Positions 35,105-48,787 of a DNA stretch of 64,000 nucleotides are shown one piece after another. A model generated the notes under the pieces. The model did not search any database. It was not told where the DNA came from and worked only from the letters and a program-made list of their open reading frames with translations. Every line of letters starts with the position of its first letter. The stretch's first letter is position 1. The translations under genes and the position numbers were made by a program. The stretch comes from Anthoceros angustus (lineage: Eukaryota > Plantae > Anthocerotophyta), in the NCBI GenBank assembly GCA_010909165.1, contig MU008150.1:372001-436000 (forward strand). Direction: 5' to 3'.

Positions 35105-36048
35105 ATGGCTCATATGAGAGATCAATTGGCCTCCCTCCTCTTTTCCTTGCTGCTTGTCCAAGGCATCCACACCGCGCTCGGTAAGCGAGCCATGCGCTCT
35201 GAGATCTGAATTGGTGATGAACTTGTCCTGGTGCATGCAAGAGGTGGTTATCTCGCAAACTAACCCCTATCACCTGCAACCGCTTGCCTTTTCAGGCAAT
35301 CTTCAATGCGAAGATCTGCCCGTGGAGGATTGTGCGTTTGCGGTATCGTCCTCGGGGGCTCGATGCGTTCTTGAAAAGTATGTTGCTAAGGAGGGAGGCT
35401 CTCGTCTGGAATGTCAGGTGCGGTAGGCTAAGTGCTTGATTTGAGCAATTTCCCCTACGCAGTAACCTTTGTAATCCCGGCTGGTAACACAATTTGCCGA
35501 TCACGGCTGCATTTATGGCAGACCTCCATTATCATGGCCGAGAAGCGCTACGAGTGGATAGAATCAGATGAATGTGTGAAGTCCTGTGGCCTTGAGCGGA
35601 TGTCCTTTGGACTCTCCACCGATGCTCTTTTAGAGAATGAATTCACGCAGAAGCTATGCTCCTCCGCGTGTCAGCAAAGCTGTTCCAACATTGTCGATCT
35701 CTACACCAAACTTGCTGCCGGCGAAGGTGTGCATTGCAAATGTCCTGTTAATCTAATCAAGAACCTGATTAAATTAATAAGTTTTTCACCGGTATATATA
35801 TATTATTTTCCTTAGGTGTATATCTACCACACTTATGTAAAGCGCAAACGGAGAAAGAAAAGAGAAAGGAGGAAGTGAGCCTAAAATTAATTTCTGAAAA
35901 TGAAAAGTTGGTAGCCCAACCTCCCACTTCACCATCTTCCGAGGAGCCTAGCAAGGGAACAAGCCAAGGTGTTGCAGATGCTACCCCATGGACCACGCCT
36001 GCTCCAGCCCCATGGACCGCGACTGCTCCTGCACCAGCTCCTTACTAG
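35105..36048 (+). CDS. PAR1 (photoassimilate-responsive) family secreted protein; exons 35105-35180, 35296-35417, 35522-35726, 35816-36048
   Basis: Signal-peptide-like exon 1, then CEDLPVEDCAFAVSSSGARCVLEK, WIESDECVKSCGL and LCSSACQQSCSNIVDLYTKLAAGEGVYLPHLC, and a Pro/Thr/Ala tail. Splice sites are in phase. Confidence 0.88.
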
Positions 36049-36855
36049 TTTTGAGTCCAATTTTTAGATGAAATTTCAGCTTGTAGTATGCAAGATTGTG
36101 TTATTTAATTTTGTATGACTACTGAAGAAGTGTTATCTTGACAAGAATTACTCATAGTCATACTAACAATCTTGTTTCTAATATATTTGGCTTTCATCTT
36201 GACAAGAATATTCATCTTTTTATTATCAATTTTAGTTCAAACCATATCAATCTAAATTTCAATTATTACACTAGATAAATTCTAATATGAAGTATAAAGG
36301 ATTGTATTTGCTTAATCTAGATAATTTTTCATGCTTTTAATTTTGGATGTCATATTTTGACAAGAGTTATCTAATGTTATGATATGATGATAATATTTAA
36401 TTAAAATTATTTTTTTCTATCAATATATTTATATAAATATAAAAATACATAATACCTAATAAATAACTTCTCTAATCTCTCTAGATATACTATTAAATAT
36501 ATATATATAATATAAAAATATTAAATATAATTAAGAATTTTAGGTCCTTGAAACTTCCATTTCACATTTCCACCTCTCTGGTAGGTGTGTAGGTTGTATG
36601 TGTTTGGGGTTAGCGCACATTTGATCAGAAAGTAAACAATATGTTAGGGATATAGGTCTGGACACAAGTCACACCAGCTGGAATCTCGGGTTTTGAAAGC
36701 TGAAGTTTAGGGAAGATATGTGAGCGGAATCGGCATGCGGGACAGGCAGAGGAATGAGGATGTTGTTGTGAAGTGAATGTCGGCTGATTTCCGTACGCTG
36801 TCGGCCAATGATCTGCGACATGGGCTGGGGATAAGAAAATGGACGGGACTGGCTA

Positions 36856-36915
36856 AGGTGCGGAGGTGCGGAGGTGCGGAGGTGCGGAGGTGCGGAGATG
36901 CGGAGATGCGGAGAG
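36856..36915 (+). repeat. (GCGGAGGT/GCGGAGAT)n 8-bp minisatellite
   Basis: About 7 direct 8-mer copies are visible. Confidence 0.9.
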
Positions 36916-37244
36916 AGAGCGGAGGTTGACGGGCCAGTGCCGCGCACGACTGCAAGTGCGCCGTGCCCTTTGTGCTGTCCGCAGCGAAGCAAGCGAAAAG
37001 CAGAGGACGAGCACCAGGGCAAACTCGTAGGAGTCCTGGAAAGCGAGGGCCTGACAGTGGCAGCAACAGCGGCTCATCCCTAACACACCGGCTTAACAAA
37101 GTGCTGGTCACACTTCACACCGGCCAACAAAAACCGGTCACCCTTAAAACCCGGTTAAGTTAACAAAGAGCGTGGTGAGGCAGACGGCGGCGGCGGGAGC
37201 GGGGGCGGCGCGCACCAAGCACCAAGCACCAAGCTCACGCACGG

Positions 37245-37298
37245 CGCGGGATGGAGGGATGGAGGGATGGAGGGATGGAGGGATGAAGGGATGAAGGG
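37245..37298 (+). repeat. (GGGATGGA)n 8-bp minisatellite
   Basis: About 6-7 copies, with GGG tracts spaced by 5 nt. Confidence 0.9.
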
Positions 37299-39394
37299 AT
37301 CGAGCAGAGCTTCGGTCGGCCTCCCATGGGCGCGCATGTTCCTGCATGTGCTCTGTGTGTTACCAATGTACTGTAAAGGCGCCACTCTCTCTCCTCTCCC
37401 CTCTCTCCTTCTCCCGCCGTAAATTTGTATGTACATACATATGTACATACAGTATACATATATGTACAGGGTATGTATGTACGTGGCAGGTGCTACAGGA
37501 AGCAACGACCGCGGTCCCGGGCGCCACTGACTCCAACGGCCCTGACACGTCCAGAATTAAATTTCCCGGTAGCCCGCCCTTCCCATGTGGCGTGCATTCA
37601 TAGCCCGCCGCTGCCTCCTCCACGTGAAGCCCTCCCGGCCTTCAAGCTTCTGTCACCACCTGCTCCTGTGTGCGCTCCGCCACTGCCCCCACTACGACAC
37701 CGCCTTAGGCCTACACGGCTTACTATAATAGTATTACGTACACATATTATTGTACCAACTTTGAGATCATTTTAATCGTAATTATTTAATCTTAATTATT
37801 TCAATGATAAGTATGGGCCTTTAAGTAATACATAATAAGTATGGGTTGTAATTAAGGTGTAATCACATTGTACAGCTATTATGCGACTTTCACTTTTTTA
37901 TATTTATGATTATATATCAATTTAGTATAAAACAATAAGTAACCTTATTAAGTCTCAAGTAAGTTCAACAAGTCGCTATCCTTTTGTGTTTTTCATTTCA
38001 AATTATTATGTACTTTTCCTTACGATGCCAATGCCTGTGTGATGTATATCCGATTCCTCTGTGTACGAAGAGATTGGAGGAAAGAATGAGAGGGCATTAT
38101 GGTTCATGACATTTCGATGAATCCAAGGCAGACGTGTCCGGTGATTTGATTTGATGAAGTCGGCTGGGAAGGGAAGGGGCGAGGGCGTGGGCCGTGGGCG
38201 TGGGCGGTTGTGAGGGGAAGTGACGGCCTGCCACTTGGCCCGGCGGGCTGGAAGGTGCGTGCAAGCAACGACGAACAATGTGGGCAGGCCCCGTGCGACG
38301 TGTGGGGCGAGCCCTGGCTCCCAGCCCAGGCTCCAGCCCAGGCTCCAGCCCAGGCTGCCCAACCGACCCAGCCTCCCGAACCTGCTACAGTTAATCCGGG
38401 GGTTCCGATGTGGTAACTTTGGGATAGAGACGTATCATCGGCGGAGTCACGTAAATATGGCCCCAGCCACGCGCCGTCCGCTCTCTTTGACAGAAGACAG
38501 AAGCGTCCTCGTGATATTAACGCTAATTTTAGGATAAGCACGGGGCCGCAGTTAGAGAGGTCGGGTTTGGCGGGCCCCACGGTAATCCTTGGTATGAAAA
38601 TGCTTCACGCCTGAGAGATCCAGGCTTTTCTTCGGTTCCTACAGTCTCGCCGTTCTTCGAGCTCCTTCTGCTCTTCGCGCTTGTCCTCTGCTCTGTTGCA
38701 GCCCTGGAGTGAGAGTCTGTTTGCGTTGCGCTGCGCCTGCGGCGACCTGTGCCCGCTGCCGGAGCCGGAGTCGGAGCCGGGGCCCCTGTTTCTGTGTTGC
38801 TGCGTCTTCTTGTGTGAAGGTGTGGAGAGTGGGCAGCCCTCGCTAACTAAGGTGAGGCTCGGAAGAGGAAGTGGATTTGCGTCCCGCCTCGTGGAGCCTG
38901 GGAGCACAGGGCGTCCTTGTTTGATTGCTTGTGTTGCTTTGCTGCCGGCCTGGTGCCCGGTGTTGCTCCCAATCGAGGCACGGGTTTTAGTTTCAAATTG
39001 GTGTTTGTCAAGATAGCTTGGTTGGATCCCACTTGTTGTGTTGCGCAACTGGTTTCGATCGATTCATGCTCGCGTGCTCCCGCTGCCTGATCCGTATGTC
39101 TGAGGGAGGGGTGTTGCGCGGTGGTAAGGAGAGGGTGGTGAGGGCGAGTTGTTCGCGGAGGTCCCGTGGCCTGTGACCCTGGCTTGTCCCGATTGTGGAT
39201 TGGCGGTGGTCCTTTCTTGCTTCGGTGTAGAGGTTGTTGTGCGGTGAAGCGCTTGCTTGATCGCTGGTTTTCATCTGTCGGTCGTCGTTGCTCTGTCCCG
39301 GGAATGCACGGTTGTTGGATGCTTCTGCTTCCCTTTTGACACGGCACCTATCTCTCGTTTGGATCGTGTTCAGACGCGACTGCACATTACAAAC

Positions 39395-39940
39395 ATGCAT
39401 GCTCCTAATCTTCTCAAGATAGTGCTGAAGCCCCGCAATATCGCGTCAGGGCCTTCAAGTCACTTGTCCAGCAGCAAGAAGGGGAAGGGAGGCAGTGAGA
39501 ACGGGTCGTGTGACAAGCAGCTCACGCGCTCATCATCCGATTCGGTATTGGCCGCGGGGCCTGCTGCGACAAAGATGGCCTGCTTGTGTGCTCCAACGAA
39601 GCATGCAGGCTCGTTCCGGTGCAGGCTTCATCGTGCCGGCCAGACGCAATGGGCCAGTCATGGGTATCCGGCGCAGGCTACAGTGTCTAAGCCCGACAAG
39701 GAGAAGCTGAGGCGGGAGACGCAAGCAAACTCAGCTTCCGTCAGCATCTTGGATTTGGAGCGGCCCAGCCGAAGTGACAAGAAACGAGCGCCTACCACCT
39801 TTCGCTCCGCTTCTCTCTCACCTCCCGCCAGTCCTGAAGGACGTCCCAGCAGGTTGAGCAGAGTTGTGGTGGCTGATTCTGTCGACGAGGGTGCCGTACC
39901 GGGTTACAAGAAAGTGTCCGTGGCGTCGACTGCCGAGTAA
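39395..39940 (+). CDS. Uncharacterised plant serine-rich-type protein with CLCAPTKHAGSFRCRLHR motif, 181 aa; probable 5'UTR intron at about 38852-39372
   Basis: The conserved CxCxPTxHxGSFRCxLH motif of a plant-specific family lies in a single-exon ORF. Confidence 0.8.
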   Translation: MHAPNLLKIVLKPRNIASGPSSHLSSSKKGKGGSENGSCDKQLTRSSSDSVLAAGPAATKMACLCAPTKHAGSFRCRLHRAGQTQWASHGYPAQATVSKPDKEKLRRETQANSASVSILDLERPSRSDKKRAPTTFRSASLSPPASPEGRPSRLSRVVVADSVDEGAVPGYKKVSVASTAE

Positions 39941-41087
39941 GTATCCATCTCCAGTGATGGCTTGGGTCAGGTTATTTGCATGGCCAAGCTTATTCTTCCG
40001 AGAGTTTTGGTTGCAAGGGCTTTTCATCATAGCATGCCTGTTTCCTTTCAGGAGCTCTGTTACAGGAGGTTTTTCCAAATGCCTTGCGAGAAGCGGAGCA
40101 TCTTCATCTGGGGTATCCGAAACCCTTGTGAGGTGAAGCATCCGCGACACATCCGACACGGGGAATAGAATAGGCAGGCTGAAAGATTTCTGTCGCTGCT
40201 CTCCGGATTGTCACAGTCTGGAAATTTTGTACATTCTTTTTTGAGTTGTCCGGAACGGACTTGTACAGATTCAGGATATTTGATTCAGTATCACTTGTCT
40301 TGCGCTAGACTCTTCTTAGATGAAGTGTGCAGTCAAAGACTAGGGTTGAATTGCGGTAGACACGCAACTGTCGAATAGACAGAAAGAGACTACCCGAAGG
40401 GTAGATAGCTATGATGCAGAGGAGCGTTTACCAGTTGGTACAAGGAACGGTTGACTCCTGTCCCTATGCCTTGTCCTGATGGCAGTACATTTTAATTCCA
40501 TGCCGGTACCTACACAACTGGTTTCACTCAAACACTAGTTCACGAGGCTTGTATGCTTACCGCACTGTATAACAACTGTCTCCAATTTTTCACACTTCGG
40601 ACACCCTGTGGCAGCTGGACGGAGTTAACATCTAGATCGATACGAACACCCCAGCACAGAGTAGCAAATGATGCAACGCACGTCAGCGATTCTGATATTT
40701 CTTGTCTCCAGATGACGGAGACTGAACAAGTTGGACATCCATCGTGCTCACACAGTCGTGTGGCACACACTTCCGTAAAAGTTCCAAGACTTATCTCCAG
40801 TGTCCAAATCCCCGATACACAGAAGCTCCAACAAGATGGAAGCCAAAACATTTCAGGGCCCACACAATGTGCCAAGCACAACAATGTAGAGCCCACATAT
40901 AATTTGCCAGCAACACCATACCAATACTAGACATATCATACTAAAAGTGAATGAAGCGTTCCAAATACGAAACTCGTATCACATGTAGTAGTAGATTCTG
41001 TGCCAGGTGGACCTTCATTGGCAAACGGCGGACATAATTGGCGGTATCGGCCTCCAGTAACAGGTGCGAGGGTTTTTCCACCATACC

Positions 41088-42076
<989 letters not shown>

Positions 42077-42852
42077 TCACCTAGTGCACATCGTACATTA
42101 TTACATAAACATATGCCTAGTGCACATAGTTCATTATTACATAAACATAATGTACGTAAGATGGTAGACCCTCCACACCTAATAATTAATACGTCGGCCT
42201 ATCCTTTTAGGAGGAAAAAGTTAACATAAAGCACCGATGAAAAAGAGCTAAATAAAAAGGGTAGTAAAAACAAATGTAGATAATCGAAACGACAAGATAC
42301 CTCCATCACGGGACGATAAGCGGAGTCATTTCGTTTCATTTCACCTGGTCTGACTCCTCCATTGTCGCCTGGCCTGCCTTTGCCGTGGCCGTGGCAGAGG
42401 AGTAGGTAATGGGGTCGGGGAGGGTGGAGTGTGTGTGCGTCGCAGCAGTACGGCGGCCTCGGCTTGCTTGCGCTTGTGTGCAAGCTCTGGGCTGAGGGGC
42501 GCGGAGCGCAAAGGTGCGGTGCAGCGCAGCGCAGGGCAGGGCAGGACAGGCCGGACATGCCCAGTCTCTTCCTGCCGGCCCCATTCCGCTGGGCAGTCGC
42601 CTCTCCTGCCGCAGGCCGCCTCGCAGGCCCGCGCCATGGGGAAGCGTAATTAGGGAGGGAAGGGGGGCAGCGCTTGCGCCAATTGCATGCATTTGCGTGC
42701 GGAGGTAGGAGATCTCGGGCGGGGCGGAGGCGGGGAGGGCGTTCTTGCTGACTGACTAAAAGTTTGGTGGAGGCAGGCAATGAGGGTTTGGATCCTGTGC
42801 AGCATCTGCGGGCGGGGAATTGGTGGGGTTTGATGTCAGGGCTGCGGGGGAG

Positions 42853-45029
42853 ATGCCTGTGGTGGAGAGTGGAGCCCCAGGGCCGAGCCCGGGCTCCGTG
42901 CCCTTCTCTACGGTGACGAGTTCGCGGAAGGAGAAGAAGAAGCAGGCGAAGGAGGAGCGGGATCGGCTGAAGCAGGCGGAGAAGAAGAAGCGGCGGCTGG
43001 AGAAGGCGCTGGCCACGGCCGCGGCCATCCGGACGGAGCTGGAGAAGAAGAAGCAGCGGAGGAAAGAGGAGGAGCAGCGGCTGGATGAGGAAGGCGCGGC
43101 CTTGGCGGAGGCCGTGGCATTGCAGGTGCTGGTGGACGAAGACTCCGACTGCCTCGGCAGGCTGCAGCAGGGGGGCCGGGACGATAAGGTAGAGAGTAGC
43201 AGTAGTTTGTCCGGCGGATCTGCGGACAAGACTACCTCGGAGAGTGGGGGAGGGTGCCTCGGGGTGCGGAGGCGGGAGCCCGGCCAGCTGCAGCAGCATG
43301 CCGGGGTTAAGAGGCATGGCAGCGTCAAGTACTCCATCAGCGGGGAGAGCACCTCGCGGGAGAGGGATATGGAGTGGCGGAGCGAGTGGAAGGGAGTAGA
43401 TCAGATGCGGAATGGGCACGGTGGCGGCTCCGAGGCGGACGCCGATGTGGAGGTGGAGGCGGAGGCGGAGTCGGTCCAGGGTGCGGACGCGGACGCGGAC
43501 GCGGACGGGGACGGGGACGCGGACGCGGGCTTGTGGCAAGTTAATCTAAGCAGTGCGGAGGAGAGGGCGAGGGCGTCCAATGAGCGAGCCACGGCTGCGG
43601 AGGTGGCTGCTGGGCTCGCTGCGGCCCAGGCTGTCGCAGCTCTGCGGATTGCGGAAGAGGCAAGAGCCGAAGCCGAGGCTGCCAAAAAGGCAGCGGAAGC
43701 GGCAATGAATGAAGCTCTTGATCGCCGAGATAGCCACCTCAAGCAGGATTTCCTTGATGAGGTGTGTGTCTTTTCACATGGCTGCCGACTGCACTCCCTG
43801 CCTATCACGCTCACTACCTTCCTAGTTCCCTTGTTCAGGGGTCGTTTTGTGGGATGCAGACTGTAGTTACGGGCAGCGCTGTGTGGCTGTTTTATGGCAT
43901 GGGTCCAGCTGGCTGTTCCGAGGCTTGATGGACCAACATCCTGTGTTCGGGATATGTCCTCCCTTGTAGCCTTTTTGCATTGTGTCGTTTACGTTCATGG
44001 TTGCTGCCATGCTGAAAGGTGTCTTGGGGAGAGTGTAATGTGTGTAGGATTCTCGGTGTGCTTTTACAGAGTTGAACTACAGTTATAGCTTTGATGAGAA
44101 CACATCATATCTTCTACCAGGTTATGATACTATCTATGCTTTAGGTATTTATTTGTGTTCATTGCTTTCTTCTCTTTGCAGTACAAGAAATTGCTTGGAT
44201 GCAACTAGCACATGTGGAAAGCTTGGATCGCTAGGGAAGATGGACCCAGCTTCCTTGAAGCATTCTGGACCACATGTTTCCTAACTGACCCCAATGGCAA
44301 AGCTGAGTTGAAGCATACCTAGGCATGAGACTTACTATTCTTGAAATATTCTGTCAACGTTTGGTGGGCTGAGTTTGAACTAATGGAAAAGGGGGCTTTT
44401 TGTCATTCTTGTCTGAGTCTGTACTACAGCATGTGTTGTCGGTTGAAGTGGTAGCACCACCTATCGTCACTTTTGCATAGCTGCAGCGTCTGATTTTGTC
44501 CAGAATATTCATGCACTTAGATGTGATATAACTGTCGCATGTTGGTTGCCCTCTTGGTCTTCTGCTATTTGGGAATGAGCGCATGAGTCAGGACGTGGAC
44601 CAGGAACAGCCTCTTGCACATATGTTTTTCTGCCACTATTTTTCTGCTTAAGACATCTGAACTGACCAGCTAGAGACTGCATCTGTCTTCGTGCTTGAAC
44701 ATTTGAGTTTGATGATGATGGCTAACTCCCTTCCTCGTTGCTCTTAACAGAGCAAAGCGCAACCAAGAAGCGTTGAGAAGGAGAGGGATGAGCTGAAGGC
44801 ACGCCTGGAGGAGACAGAGCGAAAACTGAAGGAGAAGACAAGGCGAGTGTCGGAGCTTGAACAAAACCTTGAAGAGGTAACCAAGTATCTGGTGAAATTC
44901 AAAGCCATGGTTGAAGGCACTAAGGGTGATAATAATGCTAGCTGTGATGGTCTCAAGGAGAACAGCAACTATGCAGAAGGGAGTGACGTTACTCCTGCCG
45001 AGTCTGTGGGCGGAACAGTTGATGAGTAG
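42853..45029 (+). CDS. Conserved uncharacterised coiled-coil plant protein; exons 42853-43761 and 44751-45029 (about 395 aa)
   Basis: KKQAKEERDRLKQAEKKKRRLEKALATAAAIRTELEKKKQ...LDEEGAALAEAVALQVLVDEDSD is recalled as a conserved plant motif. A phase-0 GT-AG intron joins a coiled-coil second exon. The start codon is uncertain. Confidence 0.75.
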
Positions 45030-46411
45030 TCCTTAAACATCCGAGGGGAAGGTGATACAGCTGATGCGGCTGCTGATTCAACTGGATGTGTCAGAACCTC
45101 AGAAACTCGTATAGTAATAAGATTCTTTGGAAAGAAGGACCTCCCGACTCGAATTCAGGTTCCAGCCAAGGGTTTTTTTTGCGTGATATTTAAAGTGTGG
45201 GAAGTGGTGCCGTCAAAGCTGTACGCAGTTGCAACAGGCACCATGAACTGGAGAAACTCTTGCGCATTTTAGAGAATTTTTAGTAGAGCTCTCAAGCGAT
45301 CCTTTCCAGTGTCATCCCGGTCTCTCCCTCTCTCGCAAGAGGAGCACTGTATGGTCGTCGGAGAGCCCTCATAGATGGCTGAATTTTGGTTTCTTGCACT
45401 GTAGATCTATGAATTCCGACCTTCCTGATGCTTCTCAAGTTCAGTTCCTGAGGTTTCTGCTGGGCCGACCCCTGGTTACAAGATTGCCGCCCCATCCAGA
45501 GCAGTGAGGTAGATCTGTGAAGACTCTTTGTAGATAATTCGAGGTTGCTTTCCTCTTCTTACCAATCACATGCTGTTGCACCATGTCCTGTAAAGACAGT
45601 CCGAGATGTGTCCTTATCTGGGCTAACTTTTTGCGCTTGCTCTCTTGGATCTCTGAATCCGAAAGCTGGGAAAGCAGCCCGGCCATCCACGTTGGAGCTT
45701 GCTCTGCTTGCCTGATACCGGACATTCATGGGTAGAAAACTACTATAAGGTACTCTTCATCTCAAAAAAGTTGCCCCTCTCTAAATTCTCCATCTGCGCA
45801 GCAACGGATGGTCGGCGGTGAGGGGCATGAATCGTGAATGACGTCCTTCAAGCTTACGCCGCGTGTGAGATGGGGACTTGTGTCAAGAAATTGCCAGTTC
45901 GGTTTCAATTGCAATAAATCATCCTGTATCAGATTTCTCAATCAGCAGACTTTTCGTTAGACCCTTGTTTTGAATCGTTCCATTTTGTCCATCCGCGTCC
46001 TCCGCGTGCGCCCTCCCTCCTGCCCCCAGTAGATAGGTGCTGGCAACCTCCTGCAACATTTTAAAGCGTGTTTCCGCGCCTCTTCTTTCGCCCCTGCGCT
46101 CGCGCTCCGCACTGTCCATCATCTCCTGCGCCTGGTCGTGGGTTGGAGCTTCTCTCGGCCAAATCTCCTATTCTTTCTGTCGCTGTGATTTGTCGGAGGA
46201 GCTCGGCTGGATCCTGTCACAGGGAGGGTACAATGCAGCCTGCGCCTGTCTCCAACATTGTCGATTGCGGTTCGAGACGATCTCGTGCATTATTCTCTAC
46301 GGTTTGCACTCTGCGCTTGCTTCCGCTCCCTTGTGGCTGATTTCTCTGCATTGCTGTCCAACAGGATCGGGATTCCAAGGTTTGGACACAACTCTGATCC
46401 GGATCCGCGGA

Positions 46412-48147
46412 ATGGTGAGTTCGAGGAGTTCGGCGTGGATTTGTGTGCTGTTCGTGGTGCTGGCGACGCTACCACTGTGCTCAGCGCAGGCTATTGGTAT
46501 GAACTGGGGAACTATTGCTACGCGGCCACTACCAGCGAAGTCGGTCATTCAGCTCCTCAAGGACAACAACTTCACAAAAGTGAAGCTTTTCGATGCGGAT
46601 GAGAAAGTGCTCACCGCTCTTGAAGGGAGTGGCCTCGAAGTGATGGTAGCGGCTCCTAATGATATGCTTCAAACTCTGCAGAGCCTTAATAAGGCCAGGG
46701 ATTGGGTGAAGTACAATGTGTCTTTGTACAGACAAAATAACAGAGTGAACATTGCGTAAGCTTTGAATTTTCCTTGCGTGCTTTCCATTGTCGACTTCTC
46801 CTCACGCCTCTTCAGGCCCTTGGGAATTGCTTTACTTTCAGGCTTGTGTGAAGTGAGAGCACGGAGTAGTTTGCTGGTTAAGTAGCTTCCGTGCTTGTGT
46901 TTCTGGCCTGTTTGCTAGCTTTCACTTCAATGCGAATTGAGTTTCTTGTTTTGCGTGAGATAGGTAGGTGGATCCTTCCTGTTCAGATCTTGTTCTCATC
47001 TTCTACATGTTTTTTTCTTTGTAGGTATGCTGCAATAGGGAACGAGCCATTTTTGGCAGGCTATAACGGCAGTTTTGTAGAATTGGTCCTACCTGCCCTG
47101 CAGAATGTGCAGCAGGCTATCATAGAGGCGAAGTTGCAAGATGTTGTGAAGGTTGTGGTGCCCATGAATGCTGACGTGCTGTCAGACAAGTCAAATCTTC
47201 CTAGTCAAACAATATTCAAGGACCAGTATATTTATCTTATGACAAAGATAGTTTCACTGCTCAACAATCAAGGGTCCCCTTTCATCGTCAATCTCTACCC
47301 GTATTTGAGTCTCGTAGGGAATCCTGATTTTCCGAAGGATTTCGCATTCTTCAGTGGTGACAGCAGTGCTGCTTTTTCCGATGGAGACTACAGGTACACA
47401 AATGTGCTGGAGGCCAGCATTGACTCGGTTGCAAATGCCCTGGCTAGTGTGGGAGCACCTAATATGCCCATAGTCTTGGGAGAAGTTGGTTGGCCTACAG
47501 ACGGTGAACTGAGTGCAACTGTTGACAATGCCAAGATATTCAATCAAGGTTTACTCAATCACTTCTTGCAGCTGAAGGGCACTCCTAGGCACCCCAATAC
47601 TTTTTTTGACTTCTACCTTTTCGGACTTCTTGACGAAGATGCAAAGAGTATTTTGCCTGGCAACTTCGAAAGACACTGGGGTATTTTTGACAATGCTGGA
47701 CAGACGAAATACTCGCTTGACTTATCAGGCCGAGGCTTGAACGTTCCTCTTGCTAGTGCTCATGTGCAGTTTCTGGGTAAGAAGTGGTGTGTTGTGAAAG
47801 ATTCCACCACGAGCACGGGTTTACAAGAAAACCTCAATTATGCGTGCGCTAACGGTGCAGATTGTACAGTCATAGCAGATGGAGGGTCCTGCCATGACTT
47901 GCCACTGGCAGGTATGGCCTCTTTCGCCTTCAACAGCTATTATCAAGCACAGGGTCAGCTGGACGCAGCTTGCAATTTTCAGAATTTGGCAACTGTCACA
48001 ACCACTAACCCAAACTTGACTTATAACTGTAACTTCACGCTAGCTATATCTACGTCTTCCAGCGGTTCATCGATTTCAGGGGTATCCAACTGTATGTATG
48101 CAGTGTTGGGGGTATTATTGGTGCTTGCTGTCCAGCTTCAGGTCTAG
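46412..48147 (+). CDS. Glucan endo-1,3-beta-glucosidase (GH17 + X8 domain, probable GPI anchor); exons 46412-46755 and 47025-48147 (488 aa)
   Basis: Signal peptide, IGMNWG, GNEPFL, LGEVGWPTDG, ERHWGIF, X8 domain WCVVK...LNYACANGADC...SFAFNSYYQ, hydrophobic C-terminus. Confidence 0.93.
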
Positions 48148-48177
48148 CAGTGCACATAGCGTCATCCAGCCTTTTTT

Positions 48178-48662
48178 TCCTGCCTTCACTCGTGCTGGAT
48201 CATCACATCGTAAGCTATCAGTGATGTGCCTTCGACTGCTCGTGTGACCTATCTTCACAGTCCATCTTCTGAGGCATCCCACTCTGGGGCAGCTCATTTT
48301 GTCACTCTATTTACGACTAGCTCCAGTGTAGCAAATGTCCGGCATGCAGCCAACATGTGACGGTGTGTCTAGATTATGCCTTGCTCTCCTCCGTCATCGG
48401 CATGATGGATAAGCCAAGGTTATGCCCTGCCTTCACGCGTGCTGGGTCATACCGTAAATTATCTGTGATGCGTGACTTCGAATGCTGGTGCGACCTACCT
48501 TCATAGTCCACCATCTCACCCATCCACCCACTCTGGGGCAGCTGATTTTGTCACTCGATGTACGAGAAGCTCCAGTGTAGCAAATGTCTGTCATGCAGCC
48601 TACACATAGCGGTGTCTAGATTATTCCTTGCTCTCCTCTGTCATCGGCATGAAGGATAAAGC
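48178..48662 (+). repeat. Diverged tandem duplication of about 245 bp between convergent genes
   Basis: CTGCCTTCAC..GTGCTGG, CCCACTCTGGGGCAGCT, AGCTCCAGTGTAGCAAATGTC and TCTAGATTAT..CTTGCTCTCCTC each occur twice, about 245 bp apart. Confidence 0.85.
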
Positions 48663-48787
48663 TTTTGCCTGAGACGCTTGCATTTCGAGGAACACTGGCG
48701 TATCTGATGAAGCAACTGTTAGGGTTTTCGGAGCCTCTGACCTGACTCCTGCTTACTTTCGTCTGATATTTACATGACAAGGGATTT

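Noticed and set aside
38485-38505. TGACAGAAGA resembling the miR156 5' end
   Set aside because: Only 10 nt match and no complementary star arm is visible.
42199-43539. 446-aa minus-strand ORF
   Set aside because: Antisense shadow of the GC-rich, low-complexity + strand exon.
45290-45725. Short minus-strand ORFs as a gene
   Set aside because: No recognisable motif or splice structure; probably UTR or decayed sequence.
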